A stretch of DNA of 64,000 bases from Negaprion brevirostris. Its lineage: Eukaryota. Numbering within the stretch: the stretch's first letter is position 1; the number at the start of each line of letters is the position of its first letter. Both the position numbers and the translations under genes were made by a program. Shown here one piece after another: positions 1 through 12,650 of the stretch. The notes below the pieces were generated by a model. The model ran no database searches and had not been told where the DNA came from. It was given only the letters and a program-made list of their open reading frames with translations. The stretch covers positions 29,832,758 through 29,896,757 of the forward strand of contig JARDVH010000193.1 in NCBI GenBank assembly GCA_030324005.1. Direction: 5' to 3'.

Positions 1-492
1 AGAGCATATAAAGCACAGACAGTTTACAGATTACTGATTAGAATGCGAACCTTTACACCTAACCTGCTGTTCAAGTCCTAAAGTGGCCGACAACGTGTGG
101 AAGGAGCACTGATCGCAGGTTAACCTTGGCCTGCACTGACATTGCAGTGAGAGAATTGTTCCTTGAAGATCGTCAGCTAAAATGGTGTCCTGCTTAGAGC
201 CCTCCTCCACCCACCCCTTTCCTCTCTTCCCTCTTCTGGGAACTTGAACTGCCTTGCACAGTCTCTGTTCATTCTACTAATCATGTTCAATTCCTGGAGG
301 AAACCCAATCATGCCACAGATATCAAAAAGCATCTTGATTCACCACTTCTAATGGAAGAATCCAGCCCACTTCTGGTGGGTTATACAAACATTAGGCAAG
401 TGTAGGAAAGCCGCAAAAACAATTGTGCCAGCCATCATGGGAAATAATCCAGCAACTAAACCATATGTAGTTCATGTCCCTTTATGTAAAGT

Positions 493-790
493 TTTTTAAA
501 GTTTATTTATTAGCGTAACATGTAGGCTTACATTAACACTGCAATAAAGTTACTGTGAAAATTCCCTAATTGCCACACTCTGGTGCCTGTTCAGGTACAC
601 CATGGCTAAAGCACCTAACCAGCACGTCTTTCGGACTGTGAGAGGAAACCGGAGTACCGGAAGGAAACCCACGCAGACACAGGAAGAATGTACAGACTCT
701 GCACAGACCCTCAAGCTAGGAATCAAACTCGGGTCCCTGGCATTGTGAGGTAACAGTTTTAACCACTGCAAACAATGCTACCCAGTGCCA
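493..790 (-). mobile_element. HE1-like tRNA-derived SINE with variant (non-CR1) 3' tail
   Basis: Minus strand reads GTGGTTAAAACTGTTACCTCACAATGCCAGGGACCCGAGTTTGATTCC (A/B-box-like head) plus the HE1 body (GGGTTTCCTTCCGGTACTCCGGTTTCCTC). The tail ends TAATAAATAAACTT instead of the GATTCTAT repeat. Confidence 0.85.
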
Positions 791-944
791 ACGTACCACC
801 TAGTAGCACTGTTGAGCAGTGGAGTCATTCATTCTTTTCATCTTTGAGGGTTTATGGTTGGATTGAGTAGTTGAAAAATAGGTTACTGGTATCTCACCAG
901 CACTGCACACTGACTTGCATCACGATCTGTGCGCTTTAGATTTA

Positions 945-1272
945 TTAGATAGAATCATAGAATCCCTACATTGCAGGAGGCCATTTGGCCCATCGAGTCT
1001 GCACCAATCACAATCCCACCCAGGCTCTATTCCCATAACTCCATGTACTTACACTGCTAATTCCCCGACACTAGGGTCAATTTAGCATGGCCAATCAACC
1101 TAGCCCACACATCTTTGGACTGTGGGAGGAAACCGGAGTACCCAGAGAAAACCCACGCAGACATGGCTAGAATGTGCAATCTCCACACACACAGTGCCTC
1201 GAGACTGGAATTGAATCTGGGTCCCTGGCACTGTGAGGCAGCAGTGCTAACCACTGTGCCACCGTGCCGCCC
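945..1272 (-). mobile_element. HE1 SINE, full length
   Basis: Head GGCACGGTGGCACAGTGGTTAGCACTGCTGCCTCACAG, HE1 body, and CR1/HER1-type tail ending GGGATTCTATGATTCTAT. Confidence 0.92.
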
Positions 1273-1752
1273 CATATGCAAGTGTAAACTCCTTTATCAA
1301 GATGGTGTCCTGTAAACTTTCCATTGAAAGAGTGCACGTTGCAACTCAGCCATCATTTGAAATGATTGCATTAAAACCTGTGAAGTTAGGTACAGTATGG
1401 CTAAATATAGCCCCCCATGACATTTAGCAACAAATAGCAACAAATTCAAATAGCTTTTCGTAAAGCTACGAAAATGTAGTCCTATTAACAACTTGTGGTG
1501 CTATAGTAGTAGTGGGTCCATGAGTAGGTTCATTGAATAGAAGTTCAAGGATCAAGGTTAAACGTGAATTGCTGCTTACAGTTATGGACACTTGTACACT
1601 TGGAAAGTCACTGGAAGAATTTACAGAAATGCATAATGTATTTGTTTACTCGCAGCCAAGTATCTCCAGGAGGAACAATGCATAATCAAGGAAAGTATAT
1701 CACATATTTACTATTGTTTGCTAAAACGGCCCACAGCAGGATTAGTATTTCC

Positions 1753-2280
1753 TGTGGTAGTGTGGCCGCTTTAAGGGGGCAATCCCCGAGAACCACATGA
1801 TCAGGCCGGACCCTGTGGAGAGGCAGCATGAGAAACAGAGCCAATCGGGCAAAAGGGCACATGTCTTGGGTCAGGGAGGAACCTCAGTTGGAGCTAGGGA
1901 GGAGAGTGTGTAGACGCGTATTACAGTTCTGTCAGACCCTTGTTTGTATAAATATAAATATTGATGGTAATAAACTCTTTATAACTTGAAGCCTCAGTGT
2001 TTGAAGTTATTAACTGGTGATGAGGAAAAACCTTCATTAGCCATTGGGGGTTCACAGTGTGCAACATCATAACTTCAAAGAAGTAAAGTACATATGTCAT
2101 TTATTTGGAAAGATTGAGCCATTTGATCCAGAGATGGAAAGCTGGGGGCAATATATGAAAAGGCTGCCTTATTTCATTGTAGTTAATGAGATCATAGCAG
2201 AGGGAAAATGGAAGGTGATACTCCTTGCCATCTGTACCCCACAGCCTACAGCTTAGTGAGGAGTTTAACATCAACTGATA
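1753..2280 (+). mobile_element. Gypsy-type LTR retrotransposon remnant: 5' LTR, PBS and start of gag
   Basis: TG-starting ~260 nt LTR-like segment with AATAAA. PBS-like TGGTGATGAGG at 2015-2025. Then LFGKIEPFDPEMESWGQYMKRLPYFIVVNEI..KVILLAIC..AYSLVRSL, a typical Gypsy (K02A2.6-like) gag N-terminus, frameshifted. Confidence 0.8.
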
Positions 2281-2289
2281 ATTCTACCA

Positions 2290-3208
2290 GCTTATCATGC
2301 TGGTCAATCGGCGTGGCTCGCTGGCAAGATCAGGTGAGAGGCAAAAAAAAAGTTTCCTGCTTTGGCAATATAACCAACCCTACTCTGCCTGGGCACAGGG
2401 CTGCTTTAAATTGTTTGGGCTCACCTGCCTTAAATACCTCACCAGTCGAGGTCATCACCAGTGAGGATCACATATAGTCTGCAGTAATAGCGACCTGACA
2501 CGATGGCTTTGCTGTTGTGTTTCCCAGTTAAGGGGTGGGGCAAGGACAGGCAGTGCCACTGGCACTACAAGCTAGGCACCCTGGCACTGCCAGCCTGGCA
2601 CCCTGCCACTGCCCAATAGGCATCAGGCAGTGCCAAAGGGTAGAGCCAAAGCCAAAGGAGTGGGGCCATCTCAGAGAAGTGAGGGATGTACTCTGCATAA
2701 GAGATAGGCCAGTAAAGGGGTTTACTCTGCATTGCAGGTCATAGCAGGCTGGAAGAGGCTTACTGTGCATCAGGGATTGGCTGGTAGGGGATGGAATTGT
2801 TTTCAGCAATTGACCAAGGTGGAAGGAGTGGAATCGGGCCCAGCAATCAGCTGGGGGGCGGGGATCGAGGCCAATGATGGGGGCTAAGATGTCCAGAAGG
2901 ATGATCAGAGGGCTGGGGGTCATGTCAAGAGGAGATGGAGAGGAGTGACAGGTCTCCCAGTGCTCTGTATTCACTTGTGCACAGTGCGCTGACTGCACCT
3001 GCGCAGTGATGCACCAAGCATCCTGCAGCTGGTTTTCCAATAAGAATAGGTTTGACCCACTCCATCTACTGATGAGAATCACATTTTTCCTCACTGTTTT
3101 CCCAGTGCGATATGATTTCATTGGGGAGCTCACCCCAAAAACGTGCACAATTCTCTCCAGTTTTTACGCTCATCCAGCATTTAGAATTTTTTTGGTATGA
3201 TCTTCCCT
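2290..3208. mobile_element. GC-rich non-autonomous (MITE-like) element
   Basis: TGCC/GGCA-rich core. Right end CATTTAGAATTTTTTTGGTATGATCTTCCC resembles the right end of the element at 14565-15286. Confidence 0.5.
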
Positions 3209-3252
3209 TAAGTGTAATAAAAGTCTGAAAACAGAAGTGTTTCAACCCAGTC

Positions 3253-3385
3253 GTAGAATCATAGAACCATACAGTGCAGAAAGGCGGCCTTCGGCCCATC
3301 GAGTCTGCACCAAACACAATCTCACCCAGGCCCTACCCCCATATCCCTACATGTTTTACCCACTAGTCCCTCTAACCTAGTCTTT
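3253..3385 (-). mobile_element. HE1/HER1 3' tail fragment
   Basis: Plus strand TAGAATCATAGAACCATACAGTGCAGAAAGGCGGCCTTCGGCCCATCGAGTCTGCACC is the reverse complement of the HE1/CR1 tail. Confidence 0.85.
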
Positions 3386-6300
3386 TGGGCACGTTTGGCA
3401 CTGCAATCTTCCTACACTCTGGGAGCTTTGCACTGGCTTCTGGATTGGGGAGGAGTGGAGGGACTGCTAGGTACACCAGGAAGCTGATCGGGGGTCATTG
3501 CAGGGCACCCCAATCTCCTAGTGAATCAGGAGAGTTCCCCCAACTCCCCAATGAGTATCAGACACCCCCGATCATCAGCGACATTGCTACCCTCACACCA
3601 ACACATGAATCCCCTGGTGGACTCTCGAAACGCCCCACCTTGCATAGCCACCCCTTGCATAGCCCTTCTCTTCCATAGCCCTCCACTTCCATAGCCTTAC
3701 CTGCTGACCACTCCCCTTTGCAGAGCACTCCCTGTCACCCTGTCATAGAGGTCCAGCCCCACTCAGGCTACACCCCCACTCAGGCCACAGTCCCTTGGCA
3801 CTACCTCTGGTACACCTATGGTGCCCAACCTACAAGGTCTTGCTGATTTTCCAGACCTTTCATACTGATCCTTTTGAAGCAGCCATATGTCATCCCATCA
3901 CTGTCAGCAGCTTGGGGCCATCTTTAAAGTCCAGCTCATGAAATTGGTCCAAACAGCTGCTGTTAGTAACTTGTCTCTGGTGACACGTTTTATAGCAATA
4001 CTCACTTCGATGTGAACAAACCAGTTGGCACTGAATTAAAGTATCGACGATAACTGCTACTTGTTGATAACCAAGTTTCCTTTTTTTCTTTAACATGCAC
4101 ATTTCAAATAAGAAAGAGCCACTTAGTGGGCAAGTTTTGTGATCTAAAGTGCTGCGTGATTTGGTTATTTTAACAAATTGCTAAATAACAATAAATTGTA
4201 ACCATATTAGATATATTATGTTGATTAGCAACTATGGATTGGTTCTCAATATACTCGGGAGTGATTATATCACAAGAATCAATCCTTTATTGTGGACATT
4301 ATCACGTATTGGTTTTAGAAATGCATTTCTAATTACCATATGTAAAATGACAAATGAAGGGTAAACTAAAGGCCTAGAAATAAACCTGCATTGCATAAAC
4401 ACTAAGGATCCAATATGATGGGCAATTTGCAGGTATTCATTCCATCATAGCAGTACAATGTCAGGACATTAGCTAATGCTGCTTAGTAGGTTTTCAGAAT
4501 ACATGCCTGAAATTGGACTTGGGCTCATTGCCTTAATAAACTTAGCCTTTCCCAAATTGGATGACAAAATGATCACAGCTTGATTTTAGATTCTCCTGAC
4601 ACTCATCAGCCGAACCAAAGGTCCTTTACAGGGATCATTGGAAACCGCCATCTGAAGGGAAAGTTTGAAGTCTTTTACTTGCTTTATTAAGGAGCTGGGA
4701 GGTGCATGAGTAAAGCTCAATTTACATGTTTAGGATGTCTTTATATCTAGTCATGGAGCTGTGGCACCCCATCCTATCTCTATGCATCATTCTTGCCACA
4801 CAGTCAATTAAGCTTCGAGAAGCATGTTCTTCATTGAAGCAAATGGCATTTTGAAAACCAGGCAATAAAATTCTCCAGGTTTCCATGCTATCATTCATGT
4901 TTGAGATCATTCACGTATCCCACGTTATGCTCCCAACAAGCCATTACCATTCACATATTTGTGCAGGAGTGAGCAGTTTATAAGTGGGAGGCGATAACTA
5001 ACTAAGAATAACAAATAAGAACAGCACAAAATAATTGGTGAGAAAATCATTCTCTGAGAATTGTAAATCTTGTAACCAGTTAATTCTGCGTGTGTGCAGG
5101 AATGACTGTTGAGACTGTGAGAGAGAGTATCTTGCACTAGATAAGTGAGTTAGACGCATGTCGCTACCTGTTTGCCTGGTCAGATTGCACTCTCACTGGG
5201 TTTCTTGTGTAAAATGAAAAGATTTCACAGTCAACAAATCCCCCTCCTCCGCTAAGCACTGATGGAAACAAAGTTTTAATTTGGTTGAAGATTCTGAGAG
5301 TAAGAGAAAGAGATCCAGTAGATTTCAGGTTTTGTTTGTATCGATCACCTTTCTTCAGATTTCGTAAATGTTGTGACCTAAAATCCCAAACTAGGCTTCA
5401 GCCCAATATTTAGCATGTTGGGAGTTAGAAACCTGAAAGCTAAAGTAATTCCATCAGGCAACTGAGAAGAATGAAACAGTTGCTTTGGTCATCAGTCTTT
5501 ATTAATGCATCATTTTTACTTATATTCCCTGAGTTGCCTGCCAGTTTTTCCAAGTTTTACAGGTTGCCAAGTATTAACAAATAACAAAAGAATTAAAGTC
5601 TTCAAGCACATTTTACTCTTTACACTGTCCCTAATTAGCTCATGTCTTCTTCCATCTTGTATTTTGAAAATCTATCTGCAACCAATGTAAGTCCAATTGG
5701 TCTGTAATTTCTTGTGTATCACTTTTCCTTTTTTTGAACGGAAAGTAACATTTGTCTTTGGCACAATTCTTGGATTTTTGGAAAATTACAGTTAGTGCGT
5801 GTACCACCAGCTCCTCAGAACCTCCCTCAGAAATCTGGTATATATTCTATCTGTGTTTGGTGACTCTTTTACTTAGAATCTCATTAACGCTTTTAATAAC
5901 ATTTCCTTGTGAACCATGGTCTCTAGGGCTGGCTCGTTCAGGTTTTCAAAATCCTCAGATTTTCCTGTGGCTCTCACTTTCACCTCCTCCTGGAGAAATC
6001 CGAGGCAAATACACATTCAACGGCCAGAATTCTCCAATGTTGTATGTTCCGTCACCGCAGTTGGCGAGAACATAAGAACATAAGAAATNNNNNNNNNNNN
6101 NNNNNNNNNNNNNNNNNNNNNNNNNNNNNNNNNNNNNNNNNNNNNNNNNNNNNNNNNNNNNNNNNNNNNNNNNNNNNNNNNNNNNNNNCATGCACAAAGA
6201 CCCCCAGGTCCCTCTGCACCGTATCATGCTGCAGCTTTTCGCCCTTTAAATAGTAATCCCTTTAAATAGTAAATAGCAAATAGCCCTTTAAATAGTAATA

Positions 6301-6859
6301 GTAATAGAACTGAGAATTTGCTGCTCAGTCAAATCTCCATTCATAACACTGGAGCAATGCTGGAGAATCCCAGCCACGACAAGATCAGAGAATCCCAAAT
6401 ATCTCCACCACTCCCTCACATTCAAATGCAATATGGTCTTTCCCAATTCTAAGTGGTTAGGCTATTTCTTTTCTTATCTACTTCTTCCTATTTCTACTTC
6501 TTAAAAGCTTATACAATCCCGTGCCATTTATCCCTGAACTCACTGCTGGTCTTTGTTCATACTTTTTCTTAATATTCTTATTCACCCTTCTGAGCATTTT
6601 TTTTTCATATTCTTTGCAGATGTTTTTTTCCACATTATCCCAATGCAATTTTCCATAGAAACATGAAAAACTGGAGACTAATTACTAATATTCTCATTTA
6701 ACTCTGATAAAGATCTATTGATGNNNNNNNNNNNNNNNNNNNNNNNNNNNNNNNNNNNNNNNNNNNNNNNNNNNNNNNNNNNNNNNNNNNNNNNNNNNNN
6801 NNNNNNNNNNNNNNNNNNNNNNNGTTTACCCCAGTCCAACGCTGGCATCTCCACATCAT

Positions 6860-7170
6860 GTTCAGGAAGACACAGCGGCTAAGGAGTAACTGATTAAAAC
6901 TAGAGGTGTACAAGTGGATAAATCGGGAGGATCACAGAAATCTTGGGAGCACTGTGCGGCTGCAGGAAATTAGAGCTCGGGAGGCATGAGATGGCAGAGG
7001 GATTTGAAACAAGGTGGGGAATTTTTAAATTGAGGCGTTGCCAGACCAGGGGGCAATGGGTGAATGGAACTTGGTGCGGGTAAGGATATGTCAGCTGAGT
7101 TCAACTTTACTGAGGCTGCAAAGAGCTAAGCTGACTTGGAGAAATAACGTCGAGATAACAATATCGCATT
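6860..7170 (-). mobile_element. L2 LINE 3' fragment, degenerate
   Basis: GGGATTTGAAACAAGGTGGGGAATTTTTAAATTGAGGCGTTGCCAGACCAGG matches the antisense L2 ORF2 C-terminal region also seen at 29.8-30.4 kb. Confidence 0.65.
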
Positions 7171-7514
7171 TGCAGCTTGCATTCCTGTTTCGAACTCTCC
7201 GTCAGCTTGGCTGCCTCTCATGGAAATTGACTGGAGACACCAATCGACAAAGCTGGGGAACTTGACTGGCTAGTGAGATTCCACATTCATTAATGAACTG
7301 TTCCAGTATTAAACATTCTGCTTCCAGTGTTAACTGTGAATGGAAGGTCAGCAACTGAAGATTGAATGACTCGTTCTGATGCCCCTTCTCCAACTAACAC
7401 CCCCCCCACCTTCCTTCCCACCCAAAAGTAGAATTTGTTAGTTTAAGTAAGCAACCTTTTCTGATTATTCCATCATCTGCTTTCTTAAATTAATTCTCAA
7501 TGCGTTGGCTGTAC

Positions 7515-7835
7515 TGGTATCTTTTTTTGCACTCGGCCAACTGGAGGAGTGTTGAGGAGTCCAACAATGTGGGAGTCACGTCCAGCCCAGTCTGAGTAAG
7601 GATCCTAGCTTCCTTTCCTTAAAGTCTCCATTAGTGATCCAGCCGGGTTCTTCAAAAACAATCCAATAATGCTCGGGCCACTCCTGCTGACCTCAGATCT
7701 TTCTCCACTTCCAGATATCTTAAAAACCACAAATTCTGTTTTTGAAGCTGCCACACTGGAATTTTAACTCATATTCTTCCATATTGTTACTCTAGGTCTC
7801 TGGAGTCCTAGCCAACCAGCCTAACCATTACATTT
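7515..7835 (-). mobile_element. tRNA-headed SINE (family of 35037-35405), degenerate
   Basis: Reverse-complement similarity to the copies at 35037, 43208 and 55393 (GTGACTCC...CACTAATG...TTTAAGGAAAGGAA motifs). Confidence 0.6.
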
Positions 7836-8079
7836 GACCATTTCTCCAACCCAACCCCATCGATCGAAATTTGGCAGCAACACTTTGCAAATGTATTACC
7901 ACTCATCTCACCCAATGTATTCTCACCAACTGAAACCAGTGAGGAAAGATCAACATCTTCATAAAGGGGAAACTCAGATGGCAACACAAGAATACGTACA
8001 CCTAAATTCATTTGAGTCAGCAGGGAGACCTAGAGGATGAAAGTGGGAGTTGGAGTCACAGCTTCAATCACTCTAACCC

Positions 8080-8505
8080 AATTCTCCGGCTCACAACATC
8101 ACCACACATGCACCCCCCAGTCCCCCAACACCTCCCAGCCTCCAAATACAACACCCCCCCCCACTCCCCCAGTCCCCCCATCCCCCGCTTCCCCTCTGGT
8201 TCCCAACAGCGAGGCAGGCAAACCATGCAAAAACCCATAGATTTCTGTGGAACCATAAGATCCCGAGATCTCATCAGTGGATCCCTGGGGCTCACAGCAT
8301 TGGGCATGGGAAATCCCGCGACAGGGTGGAGGCAGAGATTCCCAGGCGAAGTGGCATTCCTGCACATTCAGGTACCAAAGCTCTTTGCAGCATAGCCCTG
8401 GTGTAACATTCCCGCAGTCAAATGTTCACTGTTACAAAACCTCTGATCACACCATGAGGGCACCAGGCAGTTCCATGCACAGGATATCAATCTCAGGATT
8501 TTAAT
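8080..8505. mobile_element. GC-rich MITE-like element
   Basis: Starts CCCAATTCTCCGGC. C-rich tract and GGGAAATCCCGC/GATTCCC motifs are shared with other GC-rich elements in the window. Confidence 0.4.
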
Positions 8506-9694
8506 GTTCTTTAATTCTGTCTTTTTCTCTTACTTTAGCTGAACATTGCTACCTGCTGTACTACACAATTGATAGAACAAGGTGGGGGAGATGCTGTCGA
8601 AATCTAGATATATGATAAAACATTGAGAAGTGGTGAAATTAGACTTAAAATCTTTTTCTTTGAAATAACCATGGTGCTTTCAGACCTTGCAGTCCATTCT
8701 GTGGTCCCAGATTGGTGACAGCACCATGAAATATTGCACGCTGAGTGATAAGCAGCATGTAGAGGCGGCTGTCTACAGAAGCATGCTTATTTAAATCATT
8801 CCCAGATGTCCTCTTTGCAGTTTGGATAATGTGAAGGGAGTGGGGTATTCTTAAATGGCTGCTTCTTGTAATTAAAGATGAGCTGCATCATTTTAGAAAG
8901 AAATATTTCCTGATCGTACTTCAGCACAACAGCATGACGGGAGAGAAGCACATTTGCCATCTTGAGGAGGCAACTCTGGAGTTTGGTAAATGTGGCTACC
9001 TTCACTGAGGAACAGCCTCTGAATAGCAGTACAGTTCTTACAGTCTACAGAGTGGAGCAGCACATTATCTTACAGCTAAAGTGATAAGTGCCAGTTCAAA
9101 ACTTTTTGCATATTTGGCCTTACAATTTTTTTGAAATTTTGTTCCCTTCTCAAGAGTTTCAAAGCCAATGACCTGTGTGGTTTGTGCAAACCCACCTTGC
9201 TTGCTCCAAAATCCAATTCAAATTGAACCTAATCTATGGTCCCCTGCCCTATGACTAAACAAATCCCGAGCTAGCACAAAGAGAACACTCTGCAGGAAAT
9301 AGACAGATGGATAGGATAGACTTTTGGAGACAGTGAGGTTGAAAACAAGATGGCAAGAGAAGGTTGGTTTAAGCTGAGCAAGTGCCAGCATGAGAAGAAT
9401 CACCTGAAATGTATTTTCTGAAAGTATTACAATGCAATGCATTCATCAAGCTTTTCAGTTTTTGACACTATGGTGGGTGCTTTGGAAGAACAGAACTCAG
9501 TATTTCCTCTCCAAATTCCCTCATAATCCTGGAATATACCCTATCAGATTCCCATTGTATAACTCTCGTTTATTTATAATCAAATCTCTCATTTTACTTT
9601 TAATTAATTCAATGTTTACATCCTCTTAATATCTTTCTCCTTTGTATACATGGGAGCCAAGTGTTTTGGTCTCTGCCATCTGGTAGTACTTCCT

Positions 9695-9800
9695 CAGCTA
9701 ACTCAGCACAATCCAGCAGTCAACCCTAGTTCTTTCTGTTTTGTGTGGTTTATATTACACAAAGTGATGAGAGTTAACCAGTCTCCTCGCTGAGCTGTAT
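9695..9800 (-). mobile_element. LF-SINE-like head remnant
   Basis: Minus strand GGGTTGACTGCTGGATTGTGCTGAGTTAGCTGA resembles the recalled LF-SINE 5' region (GGTTCGATCCCCGGTCTGTGCTGAGTTAGCTGA). Very diverged. Confidence 0.45.
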
Positions 9801-10029
9801 AGTGACAATGGTACTTGCTCGACAATGTACTAGGTTGCTGGGAATGCCTTACCCACAAGAAACATGACAAGTCAATTTCCACGCTATTGGCGTCCTCCTA
9901 ATCGTCATAGTCATNNNNNNNNNNNNNNNNNNNNNNNNNNNNNNNNNNNNNNNNNNNNNNNNNNNNNNNNNNNNNNNNNNNNNNNNNNNNNNNNNNNNNN
10001 NNNNNNNNNNNNNNTCATAGTCATCAGCA

Positions 10030-10465
10030 GACACAATGACATTCAGCATCCATACAAGAGCCATTTCTGCCTGCCATTGGACTTGATAGCCAAAATTTCA
10101 TCATTGGCACATTGCGACTACACCATATATGATCCACAGAATACAATGCAGAAACTCAACACCATTGTTTCACCAGCACTATCTTCCCTGTAAATAGTGC
10201 CAAGGTGAAAACAGAAAAACTGTTGAAGCATCAACATCACCAAGTTTCCCTCCAGGTCACATAATATCCTGACTTGTAGGTATATATTGCTTTACACTTA
10301 CTGTCATTTGGTCAATATTCTGGGAGTCCCTACCTTACACCTTTGTAAGAGTACCATCATCACAAAGAAGGCACTGGTTCAAACTGAAGGCCCATCACCG
10401 CCTTCACAAGCTAACCAGAGGTCAGTGTTGCTAACATTGACCACATCTCAAGAGCAAATAAAAAG
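10030..10465 (+). mobile_element. LINE 3' end (CR1/L2-group), putative partner of the SINE family at 35037
   Basis: AAGTTTCCCTCCAGGTCACATAATATCCTGACTTG...TTCTGGGAGTCCCTACC...GGTTCAAACTGAAGGCCCATCACCGCCTTC...CCACATCTCAAGAGCAAATAAAA. The terminal CCACATC motif is shared with that SINE's tail. Confidence 0.65.
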
Positions 10466-10786
10466 GAGGTATATTTTTGTATTTTGCAGGTGAGAGACCC
10501 AAACTTCAAGCAAAACATGGAGGCAGCCAGTGGGAGGGGTCCAGATGGAGAGAAGGGAGATTTAAAGGGAAGGCTCTCCAAATCAGGAAGAAATATCATG
10601 GCCAAAAGGGGAGAGGGCAGAATGGGGAAGTGACATTCAAGAGAACGGGAGAGTACAAATGTGGTAATCTGGCTCAGTGGGAGAACACACACAGAGAAAG
10701 GGGGACCATGGACACTAAATCAGGAGGAGATTCAACTATGGAAGATATATTCAGAAAGGACAATTATATATGTTAAAAATTCTTAC

Positions 10787-10808
10787 CTTTCGATGAATCA
10801 GTTGGATG
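10787..10808 (-). CDS. Candidate 22-nt micro-exon of an unidentified minus-strand gene
   Basis: Minus strand tttttttctatttctttacag|CATCCAACTGATTCATCGAAAG|gtaaga, a near-consensus acceptor and donor. Reads IQLIHRK or HPTDSSK. Confidence 0.4.
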
Positions 10809-12224
10809 CTGTAAAGAAATAGAAAAAAATCTACAAACTGTAAAAAAAAATTCAGAAAATGAAAGCTAAGATTTTGTTCTTCAATGCAATTAGAAATATG
10901 CTGTAGGTATGTTTAAAAAAAAGGTTGGCTTTTGAGAGGGAGAGTGAACTGTGCTCAGAAGTTGGAAATGTACAAATTCTGAGATATTAGCTTAGTGTCA
11001 CAAGAGTATGTGTGGTTAATAAAAAATGATTAAATTCAAGCTTCTGCTGATAACATTCTGAGAGTAGCTGAGCTGAATGATTATGCAAGAATGAAGCTTG
11101 TTGGTTGGATTCGGACTACCAGATCCATATCTATCTGCTCTGACTCCTCTGGAATGTGGGAATTGTGCAGTTCGTTTTCTCTTTGCAAAAGGATATTCTT
11201 TTTTTGATTCAGTTTGAGTAATTTTGCCTGGTGCTGTTACCCTTCCTCTCCTTATGCATTTTAATTGTTCATTCAGATGGTGTTCTGTGCCTACCCTTGT
11301 AACTTGAGGTTAGACTTGTTTTTGTGCAGAACCAAACAATTTGTCTTTATGTAGCACTTGTGTCACCACAAACCCCACCTCTTCCTCATTAAAATGAATC
11401 TTCCTTCACTTTGACCCTTCGCTGGCAGTATTGCTATTACTCTCCAACATCATGACTCTGCGTGATATTTTAAAGAGTTCCAATGCCAACTCCACCCCTC
11501 TACACTGCCACTTGTTTCAAAAGAGACATGCACCAACCCAGGGACTGGAATGTAAAAATGTGTCACGCAGTGTGTCAAAAGTGCCTTACTAAACAAATGT
11601 GCACTTTGCAAACCTATATGTAGCAAGATAATTTTTTTTTGTAAAAAGCCAGAATACAGCCCTGATGATGAATGGATTCAGCACAGCCTCATATAGCTGG
11701 TGTTAAGTAAGGCTGCAAGCCGTTCTGAGTTTCGGTAACCCAGTGTGCAACAAATACACACCCCTCCATATATCAGTTATCAGAACTTGAAAACTTTGAT
11801 CTAGTATTAGATATTCATATAAATACATATTGCAGGGGGCTGGGGTAGTCACAGTCAATACAGTGGGCTGCTAGAATTACATTGCAACAATGCAGTACTG
11901 ATTTGTGGTGTGAGATTTTCCTTTTACTGTTTCTTAAAATGCAAGGATGAGGGAGGCACATATTCATCAATTTAAACTGGACGCATATTAAATCAATAAG
12001 AATTACATTTGGTGTGACTGCAGAGCATCGGCCAGGGGGAGGCTGAGAGTTTCCTGGATTGTACATTTCAGCGTGCGAGCAGAGAGACTTCAGGTTGGAT
12101 GATGAGTAACCATCCAGAAGAGAACGTGCAGGAGTGTTGAGATGTAAGACACTCACAAAGCGGTATTCAGCACTGGAGACTGTTGGGAATGATAAAACCT
12201 TGAAGGAGTGCAGTCCGGGCCATT

Positions 12225-12650
12225 GAGGGTATAGGCAAAGAATAGCACAAAGAGTGCAGAAATGCAGTTGTCGTAGGAAATGCTACAGTCCTGAGAGTGG
12301 TATATGATGTGCTGTCTCCCTGGTGCCAGGGGAAAGGACATCACAGAGAGGATGCAGAATATTCTGTAGGGTGGGGGAAAGGAATGGGCCAAAGGGTCAG
12401 TATCAATGACATAGAGAGGCCATGTATTGAAAGTCTCATGGGCAAATTTTCAGCAGCAAGGGAGGAAGTTAAAGAGTAGGAACTTCCAGGACCTGAGCCA
12501 ACAGATATAGGAACAAGAAGATAGATAGGATTAATTCATGGATTAAGACATGGTGCATGATGGAGCACTTCAGATTCATGGGTCATTGAGACTGTTCTAC
12601 AGCAGGAGGAAGCCTGAGTTTTTAGGGATAATGGACATGTTCCTAGCTAC
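12225..12650 (+). mobile_element. CR1 LINE ORF1 (SGNH esterase) remnant
   Basis: Translates MCCLPGARGKDITERMQNIL*GGG, the conserved CCLPGAR motif of CR1 ORF1 esterase. Confidence 0.75.

Noticed and set aside
64-177. Open minus frame ADDLQGTILSLQCQCRPRLTCDQCSFH ending at a GT
   Set aside because: The upstream sequence is purine-rich with no pyrimidine tract, and the peptide is not recognised.
550-1315. Recurrent ORFs such as MDCGRKPEYPEKTHAD and MAQWLALLPH.. here and across the window
   Set aside because: Chance translations of HE1 SINE copies, not genes.
6240-6308. CCCTTTAAATAGTAA repeated three times
   Set aside because: Simple slippage repeat at the edge of a CR1 fragment next to a gap.
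8796-9045. Possible next exon after the 22-nt micro-exon (DCKNCTAIQRLFLSEGSHIY or TVRTVLLFRG..)
   Set aside because: Weak acceptor and unrecognised peptide; insufficient support.
10477-10776. 99-aa G/K/R-rich ORF after a TTTTGCAG
   Set aside because: Low-complexity purine-rich sequence abutting a LINE tail, with no donor or recognisable domain.
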